A DNA stretch of 32,000 nucleotides from NCBI RefSeq assembly GCF_001548275.1, contig NZ_AP014945.1:60001-92000 (forward strand), read 5' to 3'. Below the pieces are notes generated by a model. That model saw only the letters and a program-made list of their open reading frames with translations. It ran no database searches and was not told the origin of the DNA. This document shows, piece after piece, positions 15,628 to 23,755 of this stretch. A program made the translations under genes and the position numbers. Position 1 is the first letter of the stretch. Every line of letters begins with the position of its first letter. Origin of the DNA: Caldimicrobium thiodismutans (GTDB taxonomy: Bacteria > Desulfobacterota > Thermodesulfobacteria > Thermodesulfobacteriales > Thermodesulfobacteriaceae).

Positions 15628-16301
15628 AGCTTTATGTAATTGGAGTTGGCCCAGGGGATCCTGAATTAATAACCCTTAAGGGTTTAAAAATTTTAAAAGA
15701 CTGTCCCCTCCTTTTTTATCCTACAGGAGGAAGGGAGACCCTTGCCTTATCAGTCATTGAAAAGGTTGTTTCCCTTAAAGACAAAAGGCTTATTGAGCTT
15801 TATTTTCCTATGCAGAAGATTGATGAGCTTTACAATCACTGGGAAGAACTTGCCCAAAGAGTTAGTTCTGCACTTTCTGAGTCAAAAATAGGGGCTTTTA
15901 TCACCCTTGGAGACCCTGCTTTTTATTCCACCTTTTTTTACCTTAAGCCCTTTCTTGAAAAAAGTGGAATTGAAATGGAAATTATCCCGGGAATAAGTTC
16001 TTTTTCTGGATTTTCAGCTAAGCTCAAAATCCCCCTGTCCCTTAATAAAGAAGAAGTTGTAATAACCAATGCAGATACTTTTTTAAAAAGCCTTTCAAAT
16101 TATCTTATCTTTGATACCATAGTTTTGCTGAAAACCCATCGGTATTTGAAAGAGATAAAGGAATTTTCAAAAAAGCATGCATATATGGGATTGGTTGGCA
16201 AGAGAGTAGGGCAGGACTTGGAAAAGATATGGTATAATCTGGATGAGGTTGAGGAAAATGAGCTTGATTACTTTACCTTGGTGGTTTTGAAAAAACTATG
16301 A
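15624..16301 (+). CDS. cbiL: Cobalt-precorrin-2 C20-methyltransferase
   Basis: 225 aa tetrapyrrole methylase (YVIGVGPGDPELITLKG). The FYPTGGRETLALSVIEKV block resembles the CbiL/CobI pattern. Operon context supports the call. Confidence 0.8.
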   Translation: MKLYVIGVGPGDPELITLKGLKILKDCPLLFYPTGGRETLALSVIEKVVSLKDKRLIELYFPMQKIDELYNHWEELAQRVSSALSESKIGAFITLGDPAFYSTFFYLKPFLEKSGIEMEIIPGISSFSGFSAKLKIPLSLNKEEVVITNADTFLKSLSNYLIFDTIVLLKTHRYLKEIKEFSKKHAYMGLVGKRVGQDLEKIWYNLDEVEENELDYFTLVVLKKL

Positions 16302-17047
16302 AAAAGGTATATTTTATTGGAATTGGTCCAGGAGATCCCGAGCTTTTAACCCTCAAGGCCCTGAGAGTAATAAAAGAGGTAGATCTTATCATCTATCCCG
16401 GAAGCCTCATAAGTGAGGAAATGTCTTCCTTTTTAAGAAAGGAGAATGTAAAAGCCGAGTTTTATAATGCCTTTGGAAAGCCTCTTGAGGAGATTATTGC
16501 AAAGATAAAGGAATATCTTGAGCAAAATAAGGTTGTTGCAAGGCTTGTGAGCGGAGACCCTGCCCTCTATAGTTCTATAATGGAACATATTGAGGTTTTA
16601 AGAGATGAGGGCATTACTTATGAAATAATTCCCGGGATTTCATCAGGTTTTATGGCATCTGCTCGCTTAGGAATTGAGTTTACCTATCCGGAACTTTCAA
16701 ATTCTGTTGTTTTTACAAGGCTTTCTGGAAAAACAGGTGGCGCAACTGAAGAGGAAATTCTTACATTAGCCAAAACTAAATCCACTCTTGTTTTTTTTCT
16801 TAGCTCAGGCCTTGCAGAAAAACTCTCCACCCTTTTGCTTAAAGTCTATAACCCTGAAACACAAGTTGCTATTCTTTATAAGTTATCGCGAAAGGATGAA
16901 AAAATTATTCTAACTACCCTTTCTCAACTGGCAGGAACCATGCTTAAAGAAGGTATAACCAGAACAGCTCTTATTGTTGTAGGAGATGTTTTAAAACTTA
17001 TGGATAAAAATTTTCACAAAAGATCAATTCTTTATGGAAAAAAATAA
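16298..17047 (+). CDS. cbiF: Cobalt-precorrin-4 C11-methyltransferase
   Basis: 249 aa. VYFIGIGPGDPELLTLKA, IIYPGSLI, RLVSGDPALYSS and IIPGISS are typical of CbiF/CobM. Confidence 0.85.
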   Translation: MKKVYFIGIGPGDPELLTLKALRVIKEVDLIIYPGSLISEEMSSFLRKENVKAEFYNAFGKPLEEIIAKIKEYLEQNKVVARLVSGDPALYSSIMEHIEVLRDEGITYEIIPGISSGFMASARLGIEFTYPELSNSVVFTRLSGKTGGATEEEILTLAKTKSTLVFFLSSGLAEKLSTLLLKVYNPETQVAILYKLSRKDEKIILTTLSQLAGTMLKEGITRTALIVVGDVLKLMDKNFHKRSILYGKK

Positions 17048-18788
17048 AGAATTTATCATTTTCTATCTTTCAGAAGAAGGAAAGGCTTTGGCGGAAAGAA
17101 TTAGTGTTTTTCTGGAAAAGGCAGAGATTTACAAGTTTGATCGAGAGACAAAGAGGGATATTAAAAGGCATTTTAAGCCTGAAAAGGTCCTTATTTTTAT
17201 TATGGCCCTTGGGATTGTAGCCAGGGTCTGTGCAGGATTTATAAAAAATAAAGACCATGATCCTGGAATTATTGTCATAGATGAAACAGGAAACAATGTT
17301 ATTGCCTATCTGGGAGGGCATTATGCCGATATCAATAGAATTACCCTTGAGATAGCAAGTTTTTTAGAAGCTCATCCTGTGATCACCACAGCTTCAGACA
17401 ATAGGGGATTACCCCCCCTGGATAACTGGATTAAAGAACTTGGATTTTTTATTAAAAATAAAGATCAACTATATGTGATAATGTCAAAATTTAATGAAAA
17501 AGGAAATCTTAAGGTCTATCTTGAAGAGGGATTGAATTATCCCCTTTCTTCAAAACTTGAGAGAGTTTCTACCCCTGAAGAGGCAGATATTGTGGTGTCC
17601 TATAAAAAACAAGAACTGGAAAACAAATTAATTCTTATTCCCCGATGTCTTTATGCAGGGATTGGGTTCCATGAGATTTTAACTGAGGAAGATTTTGAGG
17701 AGCTTTTAAAGAGGACTTTTGAAGAGCTTTCACTTGAGTTTAAAGCCTTAAAGGGAATTGCAACCCTTGATAAAAAGGCAGAGTATTTACCCCTTAAAAA
17801 CTTTGTCTTAAGGGAGGGGTTAGATCTTAATGGTTTTAGAAAAGATGAGCTTTCAGAGGTTGAGGTTATTTCTCCATCCCAATCAGCCAAAAAGGCCCTT
17901 GGAATTGAGAGTGTATCTGAGGCCTGTGCTCTTTTGGTGTCTAAAGGGGTCTTACTTTATCCAAAAAGGATTTATAAAGATTTTACTATAGCTCTTGCAC
18001 TCAAGCCTTTTCAAAAGGTTGGGAAACTTTATGTGGTGGGAATTGGTCCCGGTTCAAGAGATTATTTAACTCTTAAGGCATTAAGAGTCCTAACCAATGT
18101 TTCAGCGGTTGTAGGTTATAAAAGCTATATCAAACAGATTTTACCTCTTATTAAAACCAAAGAGGTCTATGATTTTTCTATGACTCAAGAGATTGATAGG
18201 GTCAAGAAGGCTATTGAGCTTGCTTTAGCAGGAAAAGATACCGCCTTAGTAAGTGGTGGGGATCCCGGGATTTACGGAATGTCTGGTCTTGTGCTGGAGA
18301 TATTGCATAAAAATAAGTTCAGCCTTGAGGTAGAGATCATACCGGGAATTTCTGCTTTAAACATGGGAAATGCCCTTCTTGGGGCTCCTCTTGGTAATGA
18401 CTTTGCTGTGATAAGCCTTTCTGATAGACTTACCCCCTGGGAAGTTATTGAAGAGCGTTTAAAAAGACTTTCGGAAATAGAAATTCCCCTTGTAATTTAC
18501 AATCCAAGGAGCAAGGGAAGAAAAATTCAATTTGAGAGGGCTCTCCAAATTTTAAGGGAAAATAAATCTCCGAATACAGCAGTTGCTATTGTAAATTCTG
18601 CATCAAGAGAAGGTGAGGAAATCATTTTCTCAACTCTTGAAAAACTCTCTTCAGAAAAAATAGGAATGAATAGTCTTATAATTGTGGGAAGTAAATATAC
18701 CCAATTTTTGGGCAAATTTTTGATAGCCAAGAGGGGATATGAGAGGAAATACGGAGGAAAATATGAAATCAGCTCTCCTTATCTCTGA
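17034..18788 (+). CDS. cbiGH: CbiG-CbiH fusion: cobalt-precorrin-5A hydrolase plus cobalt-precorrin-3B C17-methyltransferase
   Basis: 584 aa. The N-terminal ~330 aa is CbiG-like. The C-terminal ~250 aa is a tetrapyrrole methylase starting KLYVVGIGPGSRDYLTLKA..VVGYKSY, typical of CbiH. Confidence 0.8.
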   Translation: MEKNKEFIIFYLSEEGKALAERISVFLEKAEIYKFDRETKRDIKRHFKPEKVLIFIMALGIVARVCAGFIKNKDHDPGIIVIDETGNNVIAYLGGHYADINRITLEIASFLEAHPVITTASDNRGLPPLDNWIKELGFFIKNKDQLYVIMSKFNEKGNLKVYLEEGLNYPLSSKLERVSTPEEADIVVSYKKQELENKLILIPRCLYAGIGFHEILTEEDFEELLKRTFEELSLEFKALKGIATLDKKAEYLPLKNFVLREGLDLNGFRKDELSEVEVISPSQSAKKALGIESVSEACALLVSKGVLLYPKRIYKDFTIALALKPFQKVGKLYVVGIGPGSRDYLTLKALRVLTNVSAVVGYKSYIKQILPLIKTKEVYDFSMTQEIDRVKKAIELALAGKDTALVSGGDPGIYGMSGLVLEILHKNKFSLEVEIIPGISALNMGNALLGAPLGNDFAVISLSDRLTPWEVIEERLKRLSEIEIPLVIYNPRSKGRKIQFERALQILRENKSPNTAVAIVNSASREGEEIIFSTLEKLSSEKIGMNSLIIVGSKYTQFLGKFLIAKRGYERKYGGKYEISSPYL

Positions 18789-19950
18789 TTCTCATCTTTG
18801 GGGGCTTTGGACTTACAGAGCTTTAAAAAAGGTTAATCTTGATTTTGATCCAATTCTTTCTGAAGAAATTGATGAAACCTTTTTATCAAAATATAAAGGC
18901 CTTTTTGTTCCGGGGGGATGGTCTAAAAATAAATTTGAGGGTTTAACAGAAAACCAAAGGGAACTTTTAAAGGAATTTGTCAAAGCTGGGGGAATTTTTA
19001 TTGGAATTTGTGGTGGAGCAAGTTTGGCAGGACAGGAGGGCTTAGGGATAGCAAGTGTTAAAAGGAATTCAAAGCGTGTTCCAAGCTACAGCGGGCCTTG
19101 TAAAATAGAATTTGAGAGGAGCCATCCTTTCTTTGAAAAAGTTAAACCTAATTTATTCCTCTGGTTTCCTCCAGAACTTGATATTCTGTCTCAAAATGTA
19201 AAGATATTAGCAACTTTTAGTGCCCCTGATAAAGATGCTTATGTATCTGACTTATGTCTTGATGATCATAGAGAGCATTTGGAATTTTTTGAAAATATAT
19301 ATGGAATTCGTTTAAATCCTGATTTTATGAGGAAAAAACCCTTAATTTTAGAAGAATCCTTCGGAAAAGGAAAAATTCTATTATCTCTTATTCATTTTGA
19401 TACGCCTAATTGTAAAAATGGACATCAATTTCTTAAAAATCTTATTGAATACTATAAGTTCTCAATAAATCCTAAAGCTTTTAAACTCATCACACGCAAG
19501 ACCCTACTTCAGAGAAAATTCAAAAAACAGCTTGATACCTGTTATAACAATGCTCTTGAGGTTTTAAATTTTGGTCTAAGAAATTTTCTATTTCACAAAA
19601 GATACCCCTTTTTTTATCAATGGAAAAGAGGAATAAGGGGCCTTGAACTACTTAATTTAATTTATCTCTTTGAGGAAATCGTATTTTTACTTCACCATAT
19701 AGAACTTGGTAAGGAGACCCTTGATTTTTTTAATGAAATCTGTCAATCTGCTGAGGAAATGATAAAAAAAGTTTTGGTCGCTTTAAAATATGATTATTTA
19801 CAATATAGAGGTATAAAAATCAAAAATACCGAGGCACTTTTTGAGGAAGTTTTTGGAAATAACAAGAAAAGTTATGGTGGATTATATAAAATGATCATCA
19901 ATATTCTTGAAAGAGTTTTAGTAAAACTCTGGAGAGAAGCTTATAGATGA
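18763..19950 (+). CDS. Uncharacterised protein: N-terminal class I glutamine-amidotransferase-like (BPL_N-type) domain plus C-terminal helical domain
   Basis: Start moved to the ATG at 18763 (GGAGG at 18753-18757), rather than the track start at 18739. The block LFVPGGWS...GGIFIGICGGASLAG looks like a GATase1 nucleophile elbow. The ~170-aa C-terminal part is not recognised. Overlaps the cbiGH stop and the cobU start. Confidence 0.6.
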   Translation: MKSALLISDSHLWGLWTYRALKKVNLDFDPILSEEIDETFLSKYKGLFVPGGWSKNKFEGLTENQRELLKEFVKAGGIFIGICGGASLAGQEGLGIASVKRNSKRVPSYSGPCKIEFERSHPFFEKVKPNLFLWFPPELDILSQNVKILATFSAPDKDAYVSDLCLDDHREHLEFFENIYGIRLNPDFMRKKPLILEESFGKGKILLSLIHFDTPNCKNGHQFLKNLIEYYKFSINPKAFKLITRKTLLQRKFKKQLDTCYNNALEVLNFGLRNFLFHKRYPFFYQWKRGIRGLELLNLIYLFEEIVFLLHHIELGKETLDFFNEICQSAEEMIKKVLVALKYDYLQYRGIKIKNTEALFEEVFGNNKKSYGGLYKMIINILERVLVKLWREAYR

Positions 19951-20495
19951 TAACCTTTGTGCTTGGTGGTGCAAAGTCTGGAAAAACAAGATGGTCCCTG
20001 AGATATGCTGAAGACTTAACAGGTTTTAAAAACTATTATTACCTTGCTACTGCAGAGGCTCATGATGAGGAGATGCAAGAAAAAATAGAGCTACATAAAA
20101 AGGAGCGATCCGCCTTCTGGAAGACAATTGAAGAGCCTATAAATATTAGTTCTTATTTAGAGAGATTAAAAGACACATCTTCTGTGATACTTCTTGATTG
20201 CCTTACCCTTTGGGTTTCAAATCTTATACATTACAGGAAGAGTTTTGAAGAGGAGATTAAAATTTTTATAGAAATTCTTGAGAAATATAAGGGGCATGAA
20301 AGGGACTGGATAATTTTAGTGTCCAATGAGGTGGGGTTGGGAATAGTTCCTGAAGGAAAGCTTGCCCGAGAATTCAGGGAAAAAGCTGGTCTTCTAAATC
20401 AGAAAATTGCAGAAATCTCAGATGAGGTCTATTTTATTGTAGCAGGGCTTCCCCTTTTATTAAAACAAAAGGGTTTTACAGGGTCTATGATTTAA
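19947..20495 (+). CDS. cobU: Adenosylcobinamide kinase / adenosylcobinamide-phosphate guanylyltransferase
   Basis: 182 aa. P-loop VLGGAKSGKT at the N-terminus and NEVGLGIVP block; CobU/CobP family. Confidence 0.88.
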   Translation: MITFVLGGAKSGKTRWSLRYAEDLTGFKNYYYLATAEAHDEEMQEKIELHKKERSAFWKTIEEPINISSYLERLKDTSSVILLDCLTLWVSNLIHYRKSFEEEIKIFIEILEKYKGHERDWIILVSNEVGLGIVPEGKLAREFREKAGLLNQKIAEISDEVYFIVAGLPLLLKQKGFTGSMI

Positions 20496-20515
20496 AGCTT
20501 CTTTATTTGAAAGTA

Positions 20516-21727
20516 TCAGGCTCGTAATACCTTTAAAATAAAAAGGGGATTTTCTGGCTTCAGATAGTGATAGTCTTTAAGAGAGCTAAATCTATGAATT
20601 TGAAGTTGAATAAGATCAAGTTTATAATTTTTTTCTTTATAAAAGCACAGGGCATCATTTAAATTTTCAAAGGTAACAAAAGAAAAGACTTTAATTTTTA
20701 AATTTTCAAGGCCTTCAAGATAGAGAAGAATTTCTTTTAATTTACCTCCGGTTCCACCCACAAAGACTCTATCAGGGGAAGGAAGTTCCTTTAGAACTTG
20801 AGGGGCTTTACCCTCAATGATTTTAATATTGGTAATGAAGAATTTTTTACAGTTTTTTTCAATAATTTTGCAACAATTTTTCTCCTTCTCAATGGCATAA
20901 ATTTCAAGATGGGGAGAGAGCCTTGCAAGTTCAAGGCTTACAGAACCAGACCCAGCTCCTATATCCCAGATAATCCCTTTCTGTGGGGGTTCAAGTTGGT
21001 GAAGAATTACTGCCCTTGCTGAATCTTTGGTAATCATTCCCTTTTCATGAAGGATTTCTTCTTCCCTCAATCCTAAAATAGGATGGCTTCCCCATTTAGG
21101 ATTTTCAATTAAAAGAGAACATGGTTCTAAAAAAGTTTTTTTAGATATCTTTTCAGGGCCTCCCAAGGTGATTTTTTCATCAGGATAATTAAGTTTCTCA
21201 CCCACATAAAGAGTTAAGGTTTCAAAACCCTTTTCCAAAAGAAGAGAAGCTAAAAAGGCTGGATTTTTCTCAGGGTCGGTATAGACAAAAAGGTAAGGAT
21301 TTAAGGAAACTTCTCTTAAAAACATTTCTTCACTAAAGTAACGTCCATGTATGGAAATTACTCGGACCTTATAAAAAGGAATTTTTAGCCTGGCACAGAG
21401 AATCTGGGGAGTAGTTAAGTCTGGATAAATCTTTATAAACTCCTTTGGAAATTCTTTAAGCAAAGTCTCACCTATTCCGCAAAAAAGGGGATCTCCTCCT
21501 GCAAGAACTATCACTTCATCAAGCTCTTTTTTTAACACAGAGATAAGCTCACTTACTCTTGAAAAGAGGACTATTTTTTCCTTAATCTTTTCAAATTGGG
21601 GGTATCTTTCAAAGAGCTTGAGAGTGCCTTTAAGACAATAGATTTTAGGGATCTTAAGGAGAAGAGCTTCCTCTTCTTGAGTTAAGGGCTTATAGCCAAT
21701 TCCCAGAATATGTAAAACTTTAACCAT
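20516..21727 (-). CDS. cbiET: CbiE-CbiT fusion (CobL-like): cobalt-precorrin-7 C5-methyltransferase plus cobalt-precorrin-6B C15-methyltransferase (decarboxylating)
   Basis: 403 aa. N-terminal tetrapyrrole-methylase fold. C-terminal class I SAM methyltransferase with IWDIGAGSGSVSLELA. Confidence 0.82.
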   Translation of the reverse strand: MVKVLHILGIGYKPLTQEEEALLLKIPKIYCLKGTLKLFERYPQFEKIKEKIVLFSRVSELISVLKKELDEVIVLAGGDPLFCGIGETLLKEFPKEFIKIYPDLTTPQILCARLKIPFYKVRVISIHGRYFSEEMFLREVSLNPYLFVYTDPEKNPAFLASLLLEKGFETLTLYVGEKLNYPDEKITLGGPEKISKKTFLEPCSLLIENPKWGSHPILGLREEEILHEKGMITKDSARAVILHQLEPPQKGIIWDIGAGSGSVSLELARLSPHLEIYAIEKEKNCCKIIEKNCKKFFITNIKIIEGKAPQVLKELPSPDRVFVGGTGGKLKEILLYLEGLENLKIKVFSFVTFENLNDALCFYKEKNYKLDLIQLQIHRFSSLKDYHYLKPENPLFILKVLRA

Positions 21728-21731
21728 ACTT

Positions 21732-22475
21732 TTATCTTTCAGGTTTTAAAAGATAAATTTCCATAAGATAGCCTTTATTTTTTTTAAGCTCTTTTCTAAG
21801 ATTTTTAATTTCCTCAGAGATATCTTTTAAAGTGCCACTTTTAAAGATTTCTTCTTTCCCTCCCACATAGGCTCCCCAGTAAATCTTAAGGGGCTGATCT
21901 TTAAAGAGACTAAAGGTTTCATAGTTGTCAAGAAAAACCACGACTGGATGTTTAATTTCCTTTGCGTTTCTTAGGCTTCTGGGGGTATGCAAGGTTAAAG
22001 GAGTAGCAAGATCTGTTAGAGAGACCTTCATTTTTGCACCAAGCACCTGAAAAGAGGAAAGACCTGGTATCACCTCAAAAGAGAGCTTCATTTCTTCTGC
22101 AATTTCATGAAGAATATCAAGGTGTCCATCATAGAGAGTAGGGTCTCCCCAGATTAAAAAACCTACCTCCTCTTCCTGAATATGCAAAAGAGCTTCCCTC
22201 AAAATCTCAGCCTTTTCTTTTCGCCACTCCTTTACTTTTTCCCTATAGTTTATGCCTCTTTTCCTTTCTGGAAAAGGAAGATATATACATTGATAAGTTT
22301 TTCCCCCTTTTACAACCTCAAGAATTTCAATTCTTTTCTTGGTAAGCTCCTCTTTTTTACCTTTCTTTTCAGGGATGAGAAAAAGATTGAGTTTTTCAAT
22401 AAGACTTTTAGCTTCAAGAGTTAGATATTTGGGATCTCCAGGACCGATCCCGATTAGATAGAGTTTTTTAAGCAT
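21732..22475 (-). CDS. cobF: CobF-like tetrapyrrole methyltransferase (precorrin-6A synthase family)
   Basis: 247 aa. LYLIGIGPGDPKYLT, IPEKKGKKEELTKKRIEIL, IWGDPTLYD, IYWGAYVGGKEEIFKSG and GYLMEIYLLK parallel the CobF-specific blocks as I recall them, rather than those of CbiD or SUMT. Confidence 0.7.
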   Translation of the reverse strand: MLKKLYLIGIGPGDPKYLTLEAKSLIEKLNLFLIPEKKGKKEELTKKRIEILEVVKGGKTYQCIYLPFPERKRGINYREKVKEWRKEKAEILREALLHIQEEEVGFLIWGDPTLYDGHLDILHEIAEEMKLSFEVIPGLSSFQVLGAKMKVSLTDLATPLTLHTPRSLRNAKEIKHPVVVFLDNYETFSLFKDQPLKIYWGAYVGGKEEIFKSGTLKDISEEIKNLRKELKKNKGYLMEIYLLKPER

Positions 22476-22493
22476 TTTAACTAACCTCTCCCT

Positions 22494-23453
22494 TTATTGA
22501 GAAAGCCTCAAGAGGGCATTAATCACAGCTGAGCAGGCTGGACTCCCTCCCTTTCTACTCAAATTGGTAATAAAAGGAAAGTTCTGTGTTGAGAGAAGAA
22601 GCTTGGATTCAAGGGCTTTAACAAAGCCTACCGGCATTCCAATGACCACAATATCTTTAATATTATATTTGTTTAATATTTCAACTGCTTTTATAAGGGC
22701 AGTTGGAGAGTTCCCAATAGCTATTATTCCGAGATTTTTTTCCCTTTCAAGGGCAAGTTCTATGGCTTTTTCTGTGCGAGTGCCCTCTTCAGGCTCTTCA
22801 GTAATCTCAGAAAGATAAGATAAAACTTGATTTCCCTTAAGTAATTTCTTTGAAATACCTGCTTTAACCATCTCTACATCCACAAGAATATCCTTTCCCA
22901 TTTTAAGATTTTTTATAGCCAAAGGGATAGCTTCTTCATGAAAGACCATAGTATACTTAAATTCAGGATCCGCTGTGGCATGAATAACTCTTTTGATAAT
23001 CACCTTTTCCTCTTCTGAAAAAGAGCTTAAATCCACCTCCTTTTCTATAATTTCAAAGCTTTTTATTTCAATGGCAGAGCCACTTTTTATACCCAGTTCT
23101 TCAATTCGTTCTTTTACAATCTCAGCAAGCTTTTCGTGAACACCAAGGGGTCTGGTATAAAGGATTTCAACCTCAGGATACATTTTCTTAGCTTCTTCAA
23201 GAATCTCTGGAATATCCTTACTGACATGAAGTCCAGAACTTAAAAAAAAGGGGTGCACAATAATTTTATAAGTTCCTTCACGAATGTAATCTTCAAGAGC
23301 GGATTTTATATCGGGTTGTCCAAATTGAAGAAAGGCAATTTTAAAATCATCACGGGGTCTTTGAAAGACTCCTGAAAGAAGATTTAAAAAACTATCCCAG
23401 TAATTAGCCTCCTTCTTTGGACTTCCGTGAAGCACAAGAAGAATCTTTTCCAT
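22494..23453 (-). CDS. cbiXC: CbiX(small)-CbiC fusion: sirohydrochlorin cobaltochelatase plus cobalt-precorrin-8 methylmutase
   Basis: 319 aa. The N-terminal ~125 aa has LLVLHGS and HPFFLSSGLHVSKDIP (CbiX-S). The C-terminal ~195 aa has RVIHATADPEF and IIAIGNSPTAL (CbiC/CobH). Confidence 0.8.
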   Translation of the reverse strand: MEKILLVLHGSPKKEANYWDSFLNLLSGVFQRPRDDFKIAFLQFGQPDIKSALEDYIREGTYKIIVHPFFLSSGLHVSKDIPEILEEAKKMYPEVEILYTRPLGVHEKLAEIVKERIEELGIKSGSAIEIKSFEIIEKEVDLSSFSEEEKVIIKRVIHATADPEFKYTMVFHEEAIPLAIKNLKMGKDILVDVEMVKAGISKKLLKGNQVLSYLSEITEEPEEGTRTEKAIELALEREKNLGIIAIGNSPTALIKAVEILNKYNIKDIVVIGMPVGFVKALESKLLLSTQNFPFITNLSRKGGSPACSAVINALLRLSQ

Positions 23454-23479
23454 TTTTCTCCTCCTCCTACAATTTTTTG

Positions 23480-23509
23480 TTTATAAGATAAGCATGTCCC
23501 CTTTTGCAA
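23480..23509 (-). promoter_or_regulatory. Candidate internal promoter for cbiXC-cobF-cbiET (lacks the conserved upstream box)
   Basis: Minus strand: TTGCAA (23509-23504), 18-nt spacer, TATAAA (23485-23480). SD GGAGGAGGAG precedes the ATG at 23453. Hexamer match only. Confidence 0.35.
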
Positions 23510-23755
23510 AAAATCTCTTCTTTCCACATCCAAAAACTCTTTTCCTTGAAAGCCAAATTGAAGAACTATTCACCCTTCTTTTAAAAAGATCATCAAATAT
23601 GCAGGGCTTGATCCTGTGATTAAGAGTCCCGGTAAAGGGAAGAGCTATAAAGGTATTTCTAAAAAAGGATGTGCCTAACTTGTTCTTCTCTCTAAAAGGA
23701 TTAATAATTCTGAGGTAATTTGCCATGGCTAACATTTTTCCCTTACCCTGTTTTC

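Noticed and set aside
18739-18762. 8-codon N-terminal extension (MRGNTEEN) of the GATase-like ORF.
   Set aside because: The internal ATG at 18763 is preceded by GGAGG at ideal spacing. The upstream ATG has no SD and lies deeper inside cbiGH.
23481-23735. 84-aa ORF in the cbiA-cbiXC spacer with an AAGGGA SD-like sequence.
   Set aside because: It has a single Glu, is very rich in F/R/K/S and has no recognisable domain. It overlaps the candidate cbiXC promoter. Its composition is unlike every confident CDS in the window. Kept only as a remote possibility.
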